A stretch of DNA of 64,000 bases from Ptychomitrium polyphyllum. Taxonomy: Eukaryota. A model generated the notes under the pieces. It saw nothing but the letters and a program-made list of their open reading frames with translations. It did no database searches and was not told the origin of the DNA. Where the stretch lies: assembly GCA_973851085.1 (NCBI GenBank), contig OZ316775.1, positions 12,152,001 to 12,216,000 on the forward strand. The letters run 5' to 3'. Positions 1-13,676 of the stretch are shown one piece after another. Both the position numbers and the translations under genes were made by a program. Every line of letters starts with the position of its first letter. Within the stretch, counting starts at the first letter, position 1.

Positions 1-3000
1 AGGCTTGCTCGACTTCAGAGAGGGTGAAGCCGACCAGCACCACCCAGTGCTATCTAAGTAGAAGTGAATAATAGTGAATTGGTCATTTTCTAAGAAGTCA
101 TGAAGGTGCTGCTCCTGGGTCCAGCCTGCGTTGCAGTTGTGGAAGATTGCCAACCAGGACGATGGGGCGTTTGAGCTGCACATGAGCTGCAGTGGGCGAA
201 TTGTACTGCACCTGCTCATTACATGTGGACCCGCCTCCGGCCCTTCCTTACCATCTCCCTTCTTGCTCCTGCAGGTCCCCACATGCAACCTTCTGTTTCA
301 CTACCGTCCAGGTGCACATGCGCAGATAATGACCCCAGCATCAGATTCTCCCCACACCACGACGTCCACAAACAGTAAAACTAAAATAATATACCATATT
401 CTCCATCGGTAGCCTACTAATCGGCCATTACCTAAACTACCGTAACCCATGTGATTTAAACCACGACTAGTTGGTACTACCCAGAGATTGATGATAGTAC
501 CAACTATTCGATTAATTGAATTACAGTTTATTACACTATATCCTTCTTACTACGCTGCATGAGGTTGACGAAGCGGGTGTTAAAGTGCTGGTTTGGCAGA
601 TGCAAGGCAGAAACGCGTGCGAGATGAGCTGCCGATGATGATGCTGGGGCAGTCATCAGCCATACTAGTGCATGGCAAGTGGCAGCAGCAACTCGGTAAG
701 ACTGTGTCACTGAGACAGTACTACCATACACTCCCCCTACAGAAAAGCCTCTAGGAAACTGGAATCACCACTGTAAGCAAGCTGGCTGATTAATTCAACT
801 TCTGAAAGCAGGGATTACGAAGATTGCGAATTGATATAGAACCTTCTTATGCGTGGTTACATTCTGTTTACTTAGCTTATGGGCAAAGTCATCCGGCACT
901 AGAGATTGGTCACAGCTGCCATGTCTGCATCAAAGTCAATTTGGAACTCCAGGCTGGAGCCCGTTAGCAGCAAGGTATTCTGTTAGTGGAACGACTGGTC
1001 ATGTGGATATTGTGGGCGAATCTCTGTAGAATCTCGGTAGATACTGCGGGGCTTGGGCTTCGAGCAGGTCTTGGCTTTGCCAAATGGGATGCAATATTGG
1101 CCTAGTGGGGAGCTTTCTTTCCACTTTGGCATATTCAGGGAAAGGAAAAGAGGAAAACAATCATGCGCTTTTGGCGCTGCTTTCAAGGTGCCTTGTACAA
1201 CTATCTCAGAGTCAGAGTCTATAAAAAATCCATTTCTAGGTTGAATTCTAATTTTTTGCACACAGAGACGTGTAACCTGGGTTTTGTCTATGTTCACATT
1301 GGGTCAATTGGAAAGGAGTGGAGTGATGAGTATGTACGTCATAATTGGCAGTCATGTAAGGAAAACCACATAAAGTAGAACAGCCCAGACACCCTTTGTT
1401 TTCCAGTAGGCCACTCTCAAAAGTTGGAACTAGTTATGTGCATGTGCATGAACTAGTTGTTGCTGATGGATAACTCAGATGTGATAATCTATCACTATGC
1501 TTGCTCATTAAACGTTTAAATTTTGTGGTTGGTTTTAAAGGAAGTAAGATTTGGATAGTGAACATTTGGAATGTTTACAAAACCCAGAGTTCAATGTGGA
1601 TCAGGATTCCATTATGACCAAAGGGGAACCAAAGGGAGGTGACTGCACTGTATTATCAACCAAAGTGAGTGCAGAATCAAGCTGTTGACTGTGCATGCTT
1701 CAGTGTATCATTTGGAACTATCTGACTAACTTGTTCTTTTTTGTATATTTATTTTTGGGAGGATAACTTTGAAGGGAGTGCAAGATATGGGAGCCCAACC
1801 CAGGACAAAGGGCCTTCATTTGCTGTGGAGTTTGAACATGGACCAGGTCACACCAGCCAATACTGTTTACATCAATACATCATTATTCTTTATTGTCTCT
1901 ACCATTTGAGGTGAGACATAGCATCAATAAGTGAATTTCAATGTTTCCATCTTTGAGCCAATTGGCCGTCTAACGTGAATTATCATTCCCAATGGATTTT
2001 AAACAACTGTATTTTCGAATATTGTAGATGGAATAGAAGCTTGAACATGAATATGAATAGTATATAATTTATATTTTTATGCATAAATAATTTATAGTTG
2101 AAATAATAAAAATTATATTATATTAATATATATTTTGCAAACTTGCATTTTTCATCATTGTAGATATTATAGAATATTAAATGATAATAAATTAAAAAAT
2201 TCAATAGTATAAAGAATCATTAAAAAATCATTAAAGAATTCAGTTCTATGATATTTTAGTCTCTGATTATTTTAATAAAATCATATATCAAGTGAAAGAA
2301 AATAATTGATTGTTAGAAGATCAATGGTTTTCACTATATCTTAAAATATAAGGTACAAACTTCCTTCTAATAAATTTCAAAATTGTATACCTTTGAAATG
2401 TAGCTTTTCACTTTCTTAGAGCTATAAAAGAGCACAAATATTCTATTTGGAAAGTGGAATAGAAAAATGAAGATAGAAGATGAAGAAAAAAATATATGGA
2501 CAAGGAAAAAGGGTGAAGGAAGTGAAAAATGACAAATCAAAAGGAAGACAAAGGAGAATGATGGTGTAATAGGAGGAAAGAAAAGAGAAATAGATTGGAA
2601 AGAAGAAGAAAAAATTTACGAATTTTTTTTTTTTTTAAATTTTTTTTTTTTTTTAAAATTAAAAAAAAAAAATTAAAAAAAAAAAATATATATATATAAT
2701 GGAAAGGACCAACAAAAAGGAAAAGAAGGAAAAAGAAGGAAAGAAAAGGAAAGAAAAAAAATACATTAAGAAAAGGGATGGAAAGAAAGATGAAATTGGT
2801 AGTAAAAAAAGAAAGATATGGAATGATCAAAAGAAAAAATAAGCATAGACAATGGAAAAATTGAATGATTTCTCTACAATTGAGCTTTTTCTTCTCTTGC
2901 CTTCTTGTTTGTTTTTACTTTTTTATCTTCTTTTCAAAGTATGATTCCAAAATTTTAATTTTAAAATTTTTTCATTCTTTATATTTCTAATAATACTTAT

Positions 3001-6000
3001 ATGTATATTAGAATTTTAACTCTTTTATATTCTAAACATTTAAATTTGTTGTATTCAAGATTTCTTTGTTCTACATGTTTCAAATTTCCAACTTTGTTGT
3101 ATTCTAGTAATTCAATTTCATATATTTCAAACTTCCATTAAAAAATTCTTTAATTTTATTTTATTTGCTTTTTTGAAAACATAAAGGTTACACTTGCATA
3201 TAATGAAGTTTTACTAGAGTATTGTATTGCATTAATAAAGTATTGTATTGCAAATTTGATTATAATTATATTTTAAATTATTTTTAATTGATGACTTTTT
3301 ATTGGTATGTGTTTTTAAGCTAGGGAATTCAGATTTAAGTTCTTTATTATTATAATTTCAAAATTCTTCTTTTTAATAATAGTGATAATGTTGTTTATTG
3401 TAAACAATTTGTTAAAGTATCAATATGTTAAAATAACAATTTGGTTTAATAACTTAGTACACATGTTTTTTCACTCTTTATTTGAATAAGGTATAACATG
3501 ACAACAAAACTGTTTTTTTTATGAATGAAATTATTTCTTTATAAAAGATTGTTATTAAGAATTATAAAAGAATATCATAATACAATTTTATATCAATGGC
3601 ACCATCCATGATATCTTTTCATTCAAGGCACTATTATTTTATTGAAGCCGTACATCTTTGGAAATAAAAAAATATTGATTCTATTGATATAGAAGGACCT
3701 TTTTTAATTAATTAGCAAAAAAAATTCTTATATATAAATACATAATATCTCAAATTAATCTGTATAGATAAAATTTTTAATAAAAAAGAATATGTTTCAT
3801 TTGTTTGACATATACTAGGTTAATTTATAAATTTTTGTGAATTAATATTTAATTTAAAAAAAATTACTTTTAAATATATATTTTATATAGAAATATTATC
3901 AAAAAATAAGATCTAATAATTTACACTTTGTTGTTGAAATATAACCATATCAAAAATACAAATTTTTCTTTCTATTTGATGAAATATTAACATTCTCTGA
4001 TGATGATTTTAGACACCTTCTTTCAAAGTTATAATTTTATTGCCAAATTTTTTTATTTGAACCTTTTTTTTTTAAAATTAGAAGAATAATATAGACTAGT
4101 CACCAAATTAGATTCAAACCTTTGTACATTCATTGCTACATGTCTTTATTCTTATTAACTCTAAACTTTTCACCCTCCAAAATGAAAGTATATTGTTTCA
4201 ATTGCTAAAGATTCATATGTATGGTAAAATGCATACTAAAAGCTTTAGGAAAAATATCACAAATTTAAAGACATGAAAGGACGTTTAATTCAAGGCTTTC
4301 ATTATTTTGATTGTAGACTCTTTTTATAGTCATATTGATAGTATTTTGGATCAACCCCATCATAATATGTTAAACTGATTCACCTCTGAGAATAACTTAT
4401 ATGTTTGAGCCCTCATGGTAGGGAGCTTGTACCAGACCTGTTTATTATGTTGAATAAATGCAATATCCAAAAACACCCACAAATGCTATGCATTCAACAC
4501 AATGGTATTACTCAACACAATGGTATTACTCAACACAGGGATTGAGAAGATTTTACACGAAGAAGTTGATTAAACGATCCCTCTTCTATCTTAAACATTT
4601 ATTATTTTAACATCCGTTAAAAAGCTTTCTGGCCTCCGAAGTGTTTCAAGTTTGAGTACACCACGAACTGAACATCACTTACCTGAAATCTACAGAAGGT
4701 ATAGATTTCTTACAATGCTTCACTGAAATTTAGATTTAATGTAGCATTGTTTTTCAAAATTTACACAACTTCAAGTGTGAAGTGTGTACTATTTATGTGT
4801 CACTAGGTAATATGGATTTCCCTAACATGCTACATGCCATATTCCAAATGAAACAACGCCAGTAAATTGGTGAGTAATGAGCTGAATGGACTAGACTAGC
4901 TGAAGTAAGGGTACTCTTCTCAGAATTATATACTGATTGTAATGAAATAGAAAGCAAAAGTCCTTGTAAATCTGGTGCACTTAAGTCCAACTTGAGGAAG
5001 GATAAGGTGGAATAACCCATTACCAGGGGCATTAAGGGGAGCAAGCAATGCTCTCTTTTGCAAACATTGTATAAAGTTTCATCAATTTTGGTAGATAGGA
5101 AACAAGATTTAAAGTTTGATGCAATTAAAAACATATTTTTTTCACCAAAATTGAAAAATTGAATTAGTAATGAATTATTAAGGGATGTTTTGCAAAAAGT
5201 CCAAAATCACTAATAGTTTAACCCATCAACCACTCAAGCAACAATTAATAAGTACCACTTACCTTTACTTAGGGCTAGAGTATCCTTACTTTTATTAATG
5301 GTTATTCAATGGAATTTGAGTGATTACATTGAATAACAACCATGCATCAATATTATATCCACTTCCATATTTTCCTTCCTAATTTTTTATAAATTTAGTT
5401 TTGCTTTCCATTCTAAGAAGTCCATGATTCCATTTGCACTTAATCTCAATCTAATATAGCCACTCACCTAGCTTAAACCATGAATAACAAGTGTTTGGTG
5501 ATTAACTTTAATACATTGTAAGTCCTGCTTTTTTTAGTACTTAGTGGCCATGAATTTTTTGCTCATAACATTTGTTCTACCTTATAAAATCAAAAACATT
5601 TTTCATGAACATTATATCAAAATCCTCTAAGAAGTACAAATTGTATCACTCTTAATGAAGCTCATGCTCTACATGGGCCTTTATATTTAATTTGCTTGAC
5701 AAAGTGAGTCTTTAAGATGCAAGGAGTTGGTGACTAATTTATAAACGGATGCTACCATGATTCAAAAGTACAATCTCATTGTCAATATCTTATTCTATTA
5801 AAGATTGAAAAAACTTGTGTACCAAGTCACCAAATTAGACTTATGTCTTTATGCATTCACTTAACAATTTTGCAAAATGTTATGAAGGATTCCTCAAAGT
5901 ATAAACCATTCCTGAGTATCTTGTGAACTAAGGAAACCTTGGTTTGGTACACCTAAAAAATTACCTCAAATGTGGTTTTGCAAAAACAGTCTTTACATCT

Positions 6001-7109
6001 GATGCAGTTGTCATTTTCATGATTGAATGTTGAGGAATTTGCCATCATCCCATGATACTAGCCAAGGACTCCATTCAGAGTTAAAAAGTCTCAGAAGGTA
6101 ATCAAAACATAGTTTCAATGGAATAGTTCCTTCATGCAGTGATCTAATTTTTGAAGATTCAAGCATGCAAATGAGGAGGTCCACTTTCCTGTCTCTTCTG
6201 CAGATTGGCACATACTAGTTATACACCGGATGATTCTCAGCATAGACTTGAAACAACAAAGTTTAAAATTTACTCAATCAGATAAGAGAAAATGTAAATT
6301 AACTGTACACTGGTTTACAAGAAGGCTGTAAGTAATCAGGTTAGAGCTTTGGAACTGGAGAACTTCACCTGCTATTAGTTTTCCAGGCTTCCAGCAGAGC
6401 TTGGGAGAGTGATTATGAAGAGGGTACTTACTGTACTGTAGAAAGAAGGGAGTAGGATATGGGGCTGGCAGGGACGATCTAACTTGTAAACACACTCAAG
6501 AACCATGTATGCATGCAAGGGACAGAAGTATGAGGTTGGTAGATCTCAGTGTGAATATTCATACTGTACCGGCAAGCACTCCAAGAGAGACCACCCACCC
6601 ACAGTGCTATCGCTAGTGATTGAGATGTACACATGTCCATGTCCTCTCATATTAACAATCTATGCATTAAGCTTAAAGATGTTTTCAAAAATCCAAAATA
6701 AAATGTGGCAAATTTTCAAAATTTAGACCCACAACAGGCTGAATATGGGTTACACTGCTTCAATTCGGTTCAGAAAGAATGGGATAGACAGGACAGCATC
6801 ATAACACAGTACTGATGATAGGGGAGAACGGATAATCCCTGTTCAGATAAACTGAAGTAACAGTTACATATAAGCCAAGAGCCTCACCCTAGCTGTTGGG
6901 TGCTTCACTGAAAACAAAATATTTCAATTTGATTAAGACTGGTTCAAGACTGGGCTCAACATACACTTAATTGTCTCTACAAATGAGGCCTATACACGGA
7001 ATTGATGACCTGGTCAAGGTTTCAATCCAGTATGAGTGTAAAAGATTTCAGGCTGCCTGAGAATGATAATCAAGACCACCCTATTGACAACTTCGCAAGC
7101 ATGTAATTT

Positions 7110-10100
7110 TTACATCTTCACAGGTAAGAGCTTTCCTGTGCACTCTCCGAAACCCACATTGAATCCATCGCCCTGCAATATATGATTGAATTTCATCAGA
7201 AAAAGAGGCCTTGATATCCTCTAGACTCTACGGAGACAAATAAAGAAAACTAGATAAAAATGATGAAAGGTCATTTTCATAAGGAAATCAGCGTCTGCTT
7301 CTGATGAGCAGAACAAGAGGCCTGTTTATCTTCTGCCTCTACTCTCTGCCCCTCCTCTGAAAGAGTGCATCTCTTTATGATATGAAACTGGAAGATCAAT
7401 AGGTACTGAGAATGGATATTCTAAAAGACCTGACAAACAGCTGTCATGATCACTTTGTCACCATCTTTTAAAAATTTGCGGGTGCCACCGTGCGCTAGCA
7501 TGATATCCTTTCTCCCTCCCATTGACTGCTCCAACATAGATCCCATACTTCCAGAATCCTGTTCGTGACCAACTCCTCAATATCTTGTATCTTTTGTAGA
7601 GCCGAAATGAACATCTCCAAACACATATAATATACTTACGAATGGCAAGCTGAATGAAAGCTGACTTTTTTCTATTGATCACTATTTATCAAATCAAAAG
7701 TGCTGAGGCCCTGAATGGAATTGGCAAAACTGAAAAAGGTAAGGGTTGCACACCGGTCCGCTAATGGTTCCTGATGCCAACAAGTCCCCAGGGTTTAGGT
7801 TGCAGCCGTTGACAGTGTGGTGAGTCAACTGTTGGCACACTGTCCAATACCTGCAGACATGTTCCGGAACTTTTGCTTATTAGCAACTCATTTGCCAGAA
7901 AGACAGCGGGAGGATTGAGCAATGGATTCAGAAATTAGAGTGACCAAATGAAAGCATTTATTTGCATGACTGGCTCTAAAAAATTTCATCAAGAGAAGAT
8001 GAAATTTTTGCATGAAACAAGACTAGTTTTATGTAAAGGCCACAATGCTCACAAGTATTTGAAGTTGCTATTGCAAATAACAGAAGCTTTTGACGGTCCC
8101 TCGGGTTTAAGTGCTACCTGCATCCAGGACATGGCACAAATCAAATACAAAGCATGTCTCGATGTAGGAGACACAGTTCACCCCTAAATGAAACTTCCAG
8201 AAACAGCGACATATTACAAAGTGCAACTTACATGGTTGTCTTTAAGGTTAGACATACCAAAACTGTGTTGCAATTAGCTAATATACAGCCTGAACTGCTA
8301 TCCTGGAATCAACTTAATTACAATCATCTTCTTAGGATGGGAGTAAAATGTACTTCAGATAACATGTGTTAGTAGAGAATGTAAACCACCTGCAGTGGGA
8401 TGTCATAAGTGATGCGCTTCTTCTCTGTCAGATAAGGGAGTGCAGGCGGATCCTGTCAAGACAACCAACATTAAAATTAGTTCTTAGAGCCTTTTTTGCT
8501 TTGGAACTTCAAGCAATGCAGTTGTTCAAACTTTTTGCTTAAAAGCAGAAGCAAAGAAGCATATTAAGGGCATCAACCTGCTCGGGGGCATCACAGATAA
8601 ATGGCTCAAGTGCCTCCATTGTTACAATCCATGGCGAGATTGATGTTCCTGTAATTTAACATCACAATCCCAATGAGAGATATTAACTTTAGCAGAAGGA
8701 GTTCATAAAGTAACTTACACATGAATCACTTGGCTAGTTGTAAAGTAGTGATAAGAATAGTATACGTACCAAAGCTCTTTCCAAGAAATGGCCCCAGTGG
8801 TATGTACTCCCACTTCTGAATATCTCGTGCTGCCGCCCAAGAAGACCAATCAGTCCACTATGAGCTTCATGCTATATCTAAACAAGGTTTGTTCATTGAA
8901 AAACTTACATACGGACCATAGAAGCTCAATAATTGCCCAAAATATGGAAATTAACCTACCGCTCCAGTCATTCATTATTACAAAACCAAAAATGTGGTCA
9001 GCAGCGTCATCCACGCTCACAGTTGTCCCGAGCTCATTTCCTGGTCCAACAAACATAGCCTGCAATGAAGTTCCACTTCATTTTAGCGTATACTGCAGCA
9101 TACTTTACTAACATCCTTCATGTTAGACGAACTCTCTGAATATTCACCTTCATTTATTTCTGAACCAACCTAGAAATTAGACAGTGGAGAACTTCATATC
9201 ATACCATACACACGAGACACAGCATACCATTTCTAGCTCGAAGTCAAGAAGAGCACAGGGTTTGAATTCAGGTCCATTTTGTCCTTCTGGTGGAGACGTT
9301 TGACCTCTGCAAAACCCAAAAAGCCAAGTCAATTTCACCATCGATATTGTAAATCACAAAAGTCACACAGTTGATTGCTGCAGCCTTGCCACATGCTACC
9401 AACTAGCAACATAACAACTTGCACAAATCATGCCATACCCCCTCAATACCTGGGGCGTATAATGTCTGTCCCTGATAGTACCACTGAGGATGCTCGGCCG
9501 TGATAACCAATAGGTATGTGAACCCTGCACAAGTAAATCAAGTTGGTTCCCTGTCAACCGAAACATGGAATATATCTTACAGTCATCTCAAACTCAGGGA
9601 TAAACGAGTACCAGTTAGGAGGGAGTGCAAGCTCTTTGTTCCCACGGAAGAGGGTGCCTGTGTTGACAGCGTGCTCCTTGGAAGAGAAAAAGTCAGTGTA
9701 GTCACCGATGACTGCTGGCATCTCCATTTTAACTTGATTCTGTTCCGCCCTCAAATAGGTGAGAATCAGTATTTAAGATCACACTAATGAGTAGCTTTAA
9801 ATTCAAAAACATAACCTGAAATGCTTCAGTCGTAAACAAGTTTCTGAAAGGAAGGGAAAAAATATATCAATCACCATAGGAACAATCGCCTTCAAACGTA
9901 GAGTGTCATTGTCCCGCAGGGTTGGTTCTTCAGCTGCGGAGGAAGACACCATAAATTTTTGTGTCAGGCTATGGCATGTACCATCTGAATTGGAAACCCT
10001 TGAACTATGCAATGTTCCCAAATTTGCTTCCAAAAACCAACTCAACCCTGCCTGGATGACGCTTAACCACACGGCAAAAACAGAAGGGAGAAACAGACCT

Positions 10101-10828
10101 CACACTCAAGTCTGAATAACAAGATATAACAAACTATGGGTGGAAAGAAATTCTACGGTAGCAATGCCAATGCCCTCACAAGGTTCCTACCAGACAGCAA
10201 TTTCTGTAAGCTTGTTCGAGCCTCCTTCCATGCTGGTCTTCCAAGTGCCATAAACGCATTCAAAGAGGTCTGTGAAATTGAAACAAGTCACTCGTCAGGA
10301 ACATGATAACTCTTACAAGGGACGTCGCAGTACAACATATTGAGTAATGATTCAAAATCAATGCCGCTCTTGTTCTTAGAACACCCAATAAACGTCATCA
10401 AACGTTATAGCTTCTGCGCATTATCTAAGCTAAATCCCCACAAAGTTCCTAACCACGAAAGCATTCAAGTAATCGAACCGTTGTCAATATTTAAGCAACA
10501 TCTACCTGGAGAATCATTAAGAGTAGCCCATTGTCGAGCTCCATAACTTTCCACAACCTTGTACTGATTAGGGAAGCAGAGTCTGTTCAAGGCCATGAGC
10601 AGGAAAAGGGTATCATACCTGTGAGAAGCAGCTGGAATTAGCAAGCAACGGACCCTTGAACAAGCCCGCATCGGCGAGAACAGAGAGATCCACAACAGAG
10701 TCACCGATTGCAACTCCTGGACGAGGGGACGCGCCAGCACTAGGGCAGAACACTCCATAAGGCAAATTCTGGATGGGAAACTGAGACCCCGGCGTCACGT
10801 CCACGAACGACTTCATCAACGAAGCCAT
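7110..10828 (-). CDS. FAH: Fumarylacetoacetase (tyrosine catabolism), 14 exons, apparently intact
   Basis: ATG at 10826-10828, TAA at 7110-7112. GT-AG exons joined by hand give [27 protein letters not shown]...[11 protein letters not shown]...[16 protein letters not shown]...[14 protein letters not shown]...[11 protein letters not shown]...LDFELEM...[32 protein letters not shown]...[22 protein letters not shown]...[14 protein letters not shown]. These are all hallmark FAH motifs. Confidence 0.96.
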
Positions 10829-10870
10829 CGCTGAAATCCTTTTAACAATACCAACTGCTCGCAGAGGTAT

Positions 10871-10911
<41 letters not shown>

Positions 10912-10959
10912 TCTCACACTCTCTCTCTCTCTCTCACTCTCACTTGTTCACTCTCTCTC

Positions 10960-10999
<40 letters not shown>

Positions 11000-11056
11000 T
11001 CTCTCTCTCTCACTCTCACTTGTTCACTCTCTCTCACTCTCTCACACTCTCACTCA

Positions 11057-11137
<81 letters not shown>

Positions 11138-11162
11138 TCTCTCACTCACTCTCTCTCTCTCT
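10871..11162. repeat. Compound (CT)n/(CTCTCA)n microsatellite, ~290 bp, starting 43 bp upstream of the FAH ATG
   Basis: Directly visible run of CT and CTCTCA units; reads (GA)n on the FAH sense strand. Confidence 0.97.
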
Positions 11163-13676
11163 TTCTGCGGAAGGAAGCCCAGTGTGAGCACCACAGAACG
11201 CCTAACGACCAATGTTACTGCAAACTGACCTCGCACAGCTGACGAAACAAGAAACGCATCCCTAAACACATTCTGACGGAATGAACGGACGTCGACAGGA
11301 AAGATACAAAGAATGTTTGAACTCACCACCCCTTGACCAACAAGTTGATCAAAAGGGTACGCTATCCAGACTTTGACCCACCTCGTAGCAAAGACGATCC
11401 AGTCCACGCATCACAGAATATGGGCGCGTTTCGCAACCATAAGCAAAATCACTCCACCAAATCACTGGCAAAGACTCACTGAGTCGCACTAGTTGTGCGA
11501 GCTGAACTAACCATACGAAGCGAGCGAGCAACATAAGCTGGCGATGATGAGAGCAAGATTCAGGACTGATCGATCATATTATGCGTTCATGCGGGTGATT
11601 GCACAAAAGGGGTGGCGATACGGCACAAAGGTCGTGGAAGGCAGGTGAACTGGCATCCGTGACGCAGACTATGCGCTCACCCAGCGCATCAGAAAGCGAG
11701 TAGTCAACGGGGCGGAGTCCAAAAGCACCGGGGAAAAGACAAAGCAGTCACGCTGAAGATCACGGTGTGACTGCACATGAAGACTCCCTTCTTTTCTTTT
11801 TGGTAAACAATAGCACCGTAACTTCGTTGCAGTAGAACCGAATTACAACTCGCTGCAAACCTGACCAACAAGTTGGGTCTACACTGCACACTGTCAAGCA
11901 GAGTTAGCAGATGAGTCCAGCAAGACTACCACACCTAGGCCACCGAAAAGCTCCACAACAAGACTTTGAAGAATAGTTGGGCAACAGAATTCTTCCTCAG
12001 CTGAGAGCAGCATCTGTTGCACAGCAATCTAGGGTCTGGCAAATGAAGAATATTCTTGCAACGATGACATTATGACACCAAGAGAGTTGTAATCTGTTGT
12101 ACAACTTCAAGTTGACGGCGTTCATGATGTGATTACGTGGGAGTGTGATTATGAGACATGGAGAGCGTTGTACTCACTCACTTCTATAGTTCTGGCTTCT
12201 GTGTGCAGCGTGTGCAATGGATGTTGTTGTTGTGGTTGCTGTTATATTTGTGCTTGTTCTGTTACTTAGTCGGTACTGTCTTGGTTGAGGTAACTTGACT
12301 AGTTTGGGAGCCTTCGACAAAACCAGCACTGGTGCTCGCAATCAGGGCTCAGTGCGAGGCTTTGGCAACCTTTGCAGAATAATGATGCCGGGGAATGTAA
12401 GTTTTTGGCTTGGGAGTATCTAGTCTTCTCTTGTCCTCCCCACCCCACAGTTAATACACACCACGAAAACAAAAACACACTGGAAACAATACCCAAACAA
12501 TACAAGAAAAATGCACTGTGAACATAGAGAAGTGTAGTAAACCACAAGGAAAACATAGAGAAACAATAACGGGATTTTTGGGAACGCAGAAGGGAGCCCT
12601 TGACGAGTCAACACCTAGGCTATGTTTTCTATTTCATTTTTTGGTGTTGAGAATGCAGTTTGAATAAACACACTAGTACTTAGACAAACATTGCAATAGG
12701 ATAGGTCACGCTTCATTGTCTTTTACTTTCACTTAAAGCAATTTATTCTTATTTTTTTCTTACTTTGAAAGAAATTTCCAAAAATCACAGTATGGAACAA
12801 CATTGAAACACAAGTTTAATTATTAGAAAGATCTTTAAAAAGTGACTAAATTGAAATGCACTTTTTTAGAAATAGTTTGAAAGAATGTAAAAATTACATA
12901 TTAGTGTAAGGAAATTCTATTACATTGGTATTATTTCTATTGCTACAGACAATTCCCTAATGAACAATTTCTACTGTAATAAACATTTTGGGGTGCGCAG
13001 GGGAGATGCTCTTACCCGTAACCAAAAACGTGCTGATAGTTTTGGGTAAAGCTTGATGCTTGCCAGTGGCCCTCTGAAAGTTTGCAACGCAAAATTTCTT
13101 CAGAGATGCTCATGGGATGCTCATTCAATCAGACACCACACACATCACGTAAACATCATGCCAGTGAGGTATAGCAATGGCAACTCAAGGTAAATTTGCA
13201 GTGGGGTCGTGCACACTTCATTCTAGAAAGTAGGGAGGAATAGAATTGCAGGCACAGCATATCATTATTCTTTCAGATTCGAACTCATCCTCATGGTTCT
13301 AGACTTCCAGAACCCTCTAGTTTTATCCTTAGCACTTCACGCTAAAGTTCTGAGTGAAACCAGCCTGGTGAAGCGTGGAAGGCACGGCATCCTTCTAGAA
13401 TCACTACCGGTCAAAGGGTCACTGACTTGTTAGTATTATGAGGAATTGGAACACAAAGACGTTTCGTCGGAGTCGGGACATAAAGACGTTTCCTTGAAAT
13501 ACTACGAACAAATAATGCTTTTGATGCACATGCTAGGTACAGATCTGTATTAACCTGGAGAACATGGGAAATAACTTTATTACGCATCTTCACTCTGCAA
13601 ATCTGCAAGCTGGCATCTTGACGATCAAGGAGCCGTCATCAGCTGCAACCTCATGAGTCGAGATGAGTTGTAAAGC

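Noticed and set aside
1..212. Minus-strand frame open for ~70 codons to the window edge after an AG
   Set aside because: No recognisable homology; cannot be distinguished from UTR or chance without the adjacent sequence.
1950..6000. AT-rich tract, the Phe/Lys-rich ORF 2537-2830 and an 18-bp duplication at 4494-4537
   Set aside because: Low-complexity intergenic or ancient TE debris; no termini, TSD or coding motif could be defined.
10944..11407. ORFs with LSLSLS / RERERE runs
   Set aside because: Translations of the CT/GA microsatellite.
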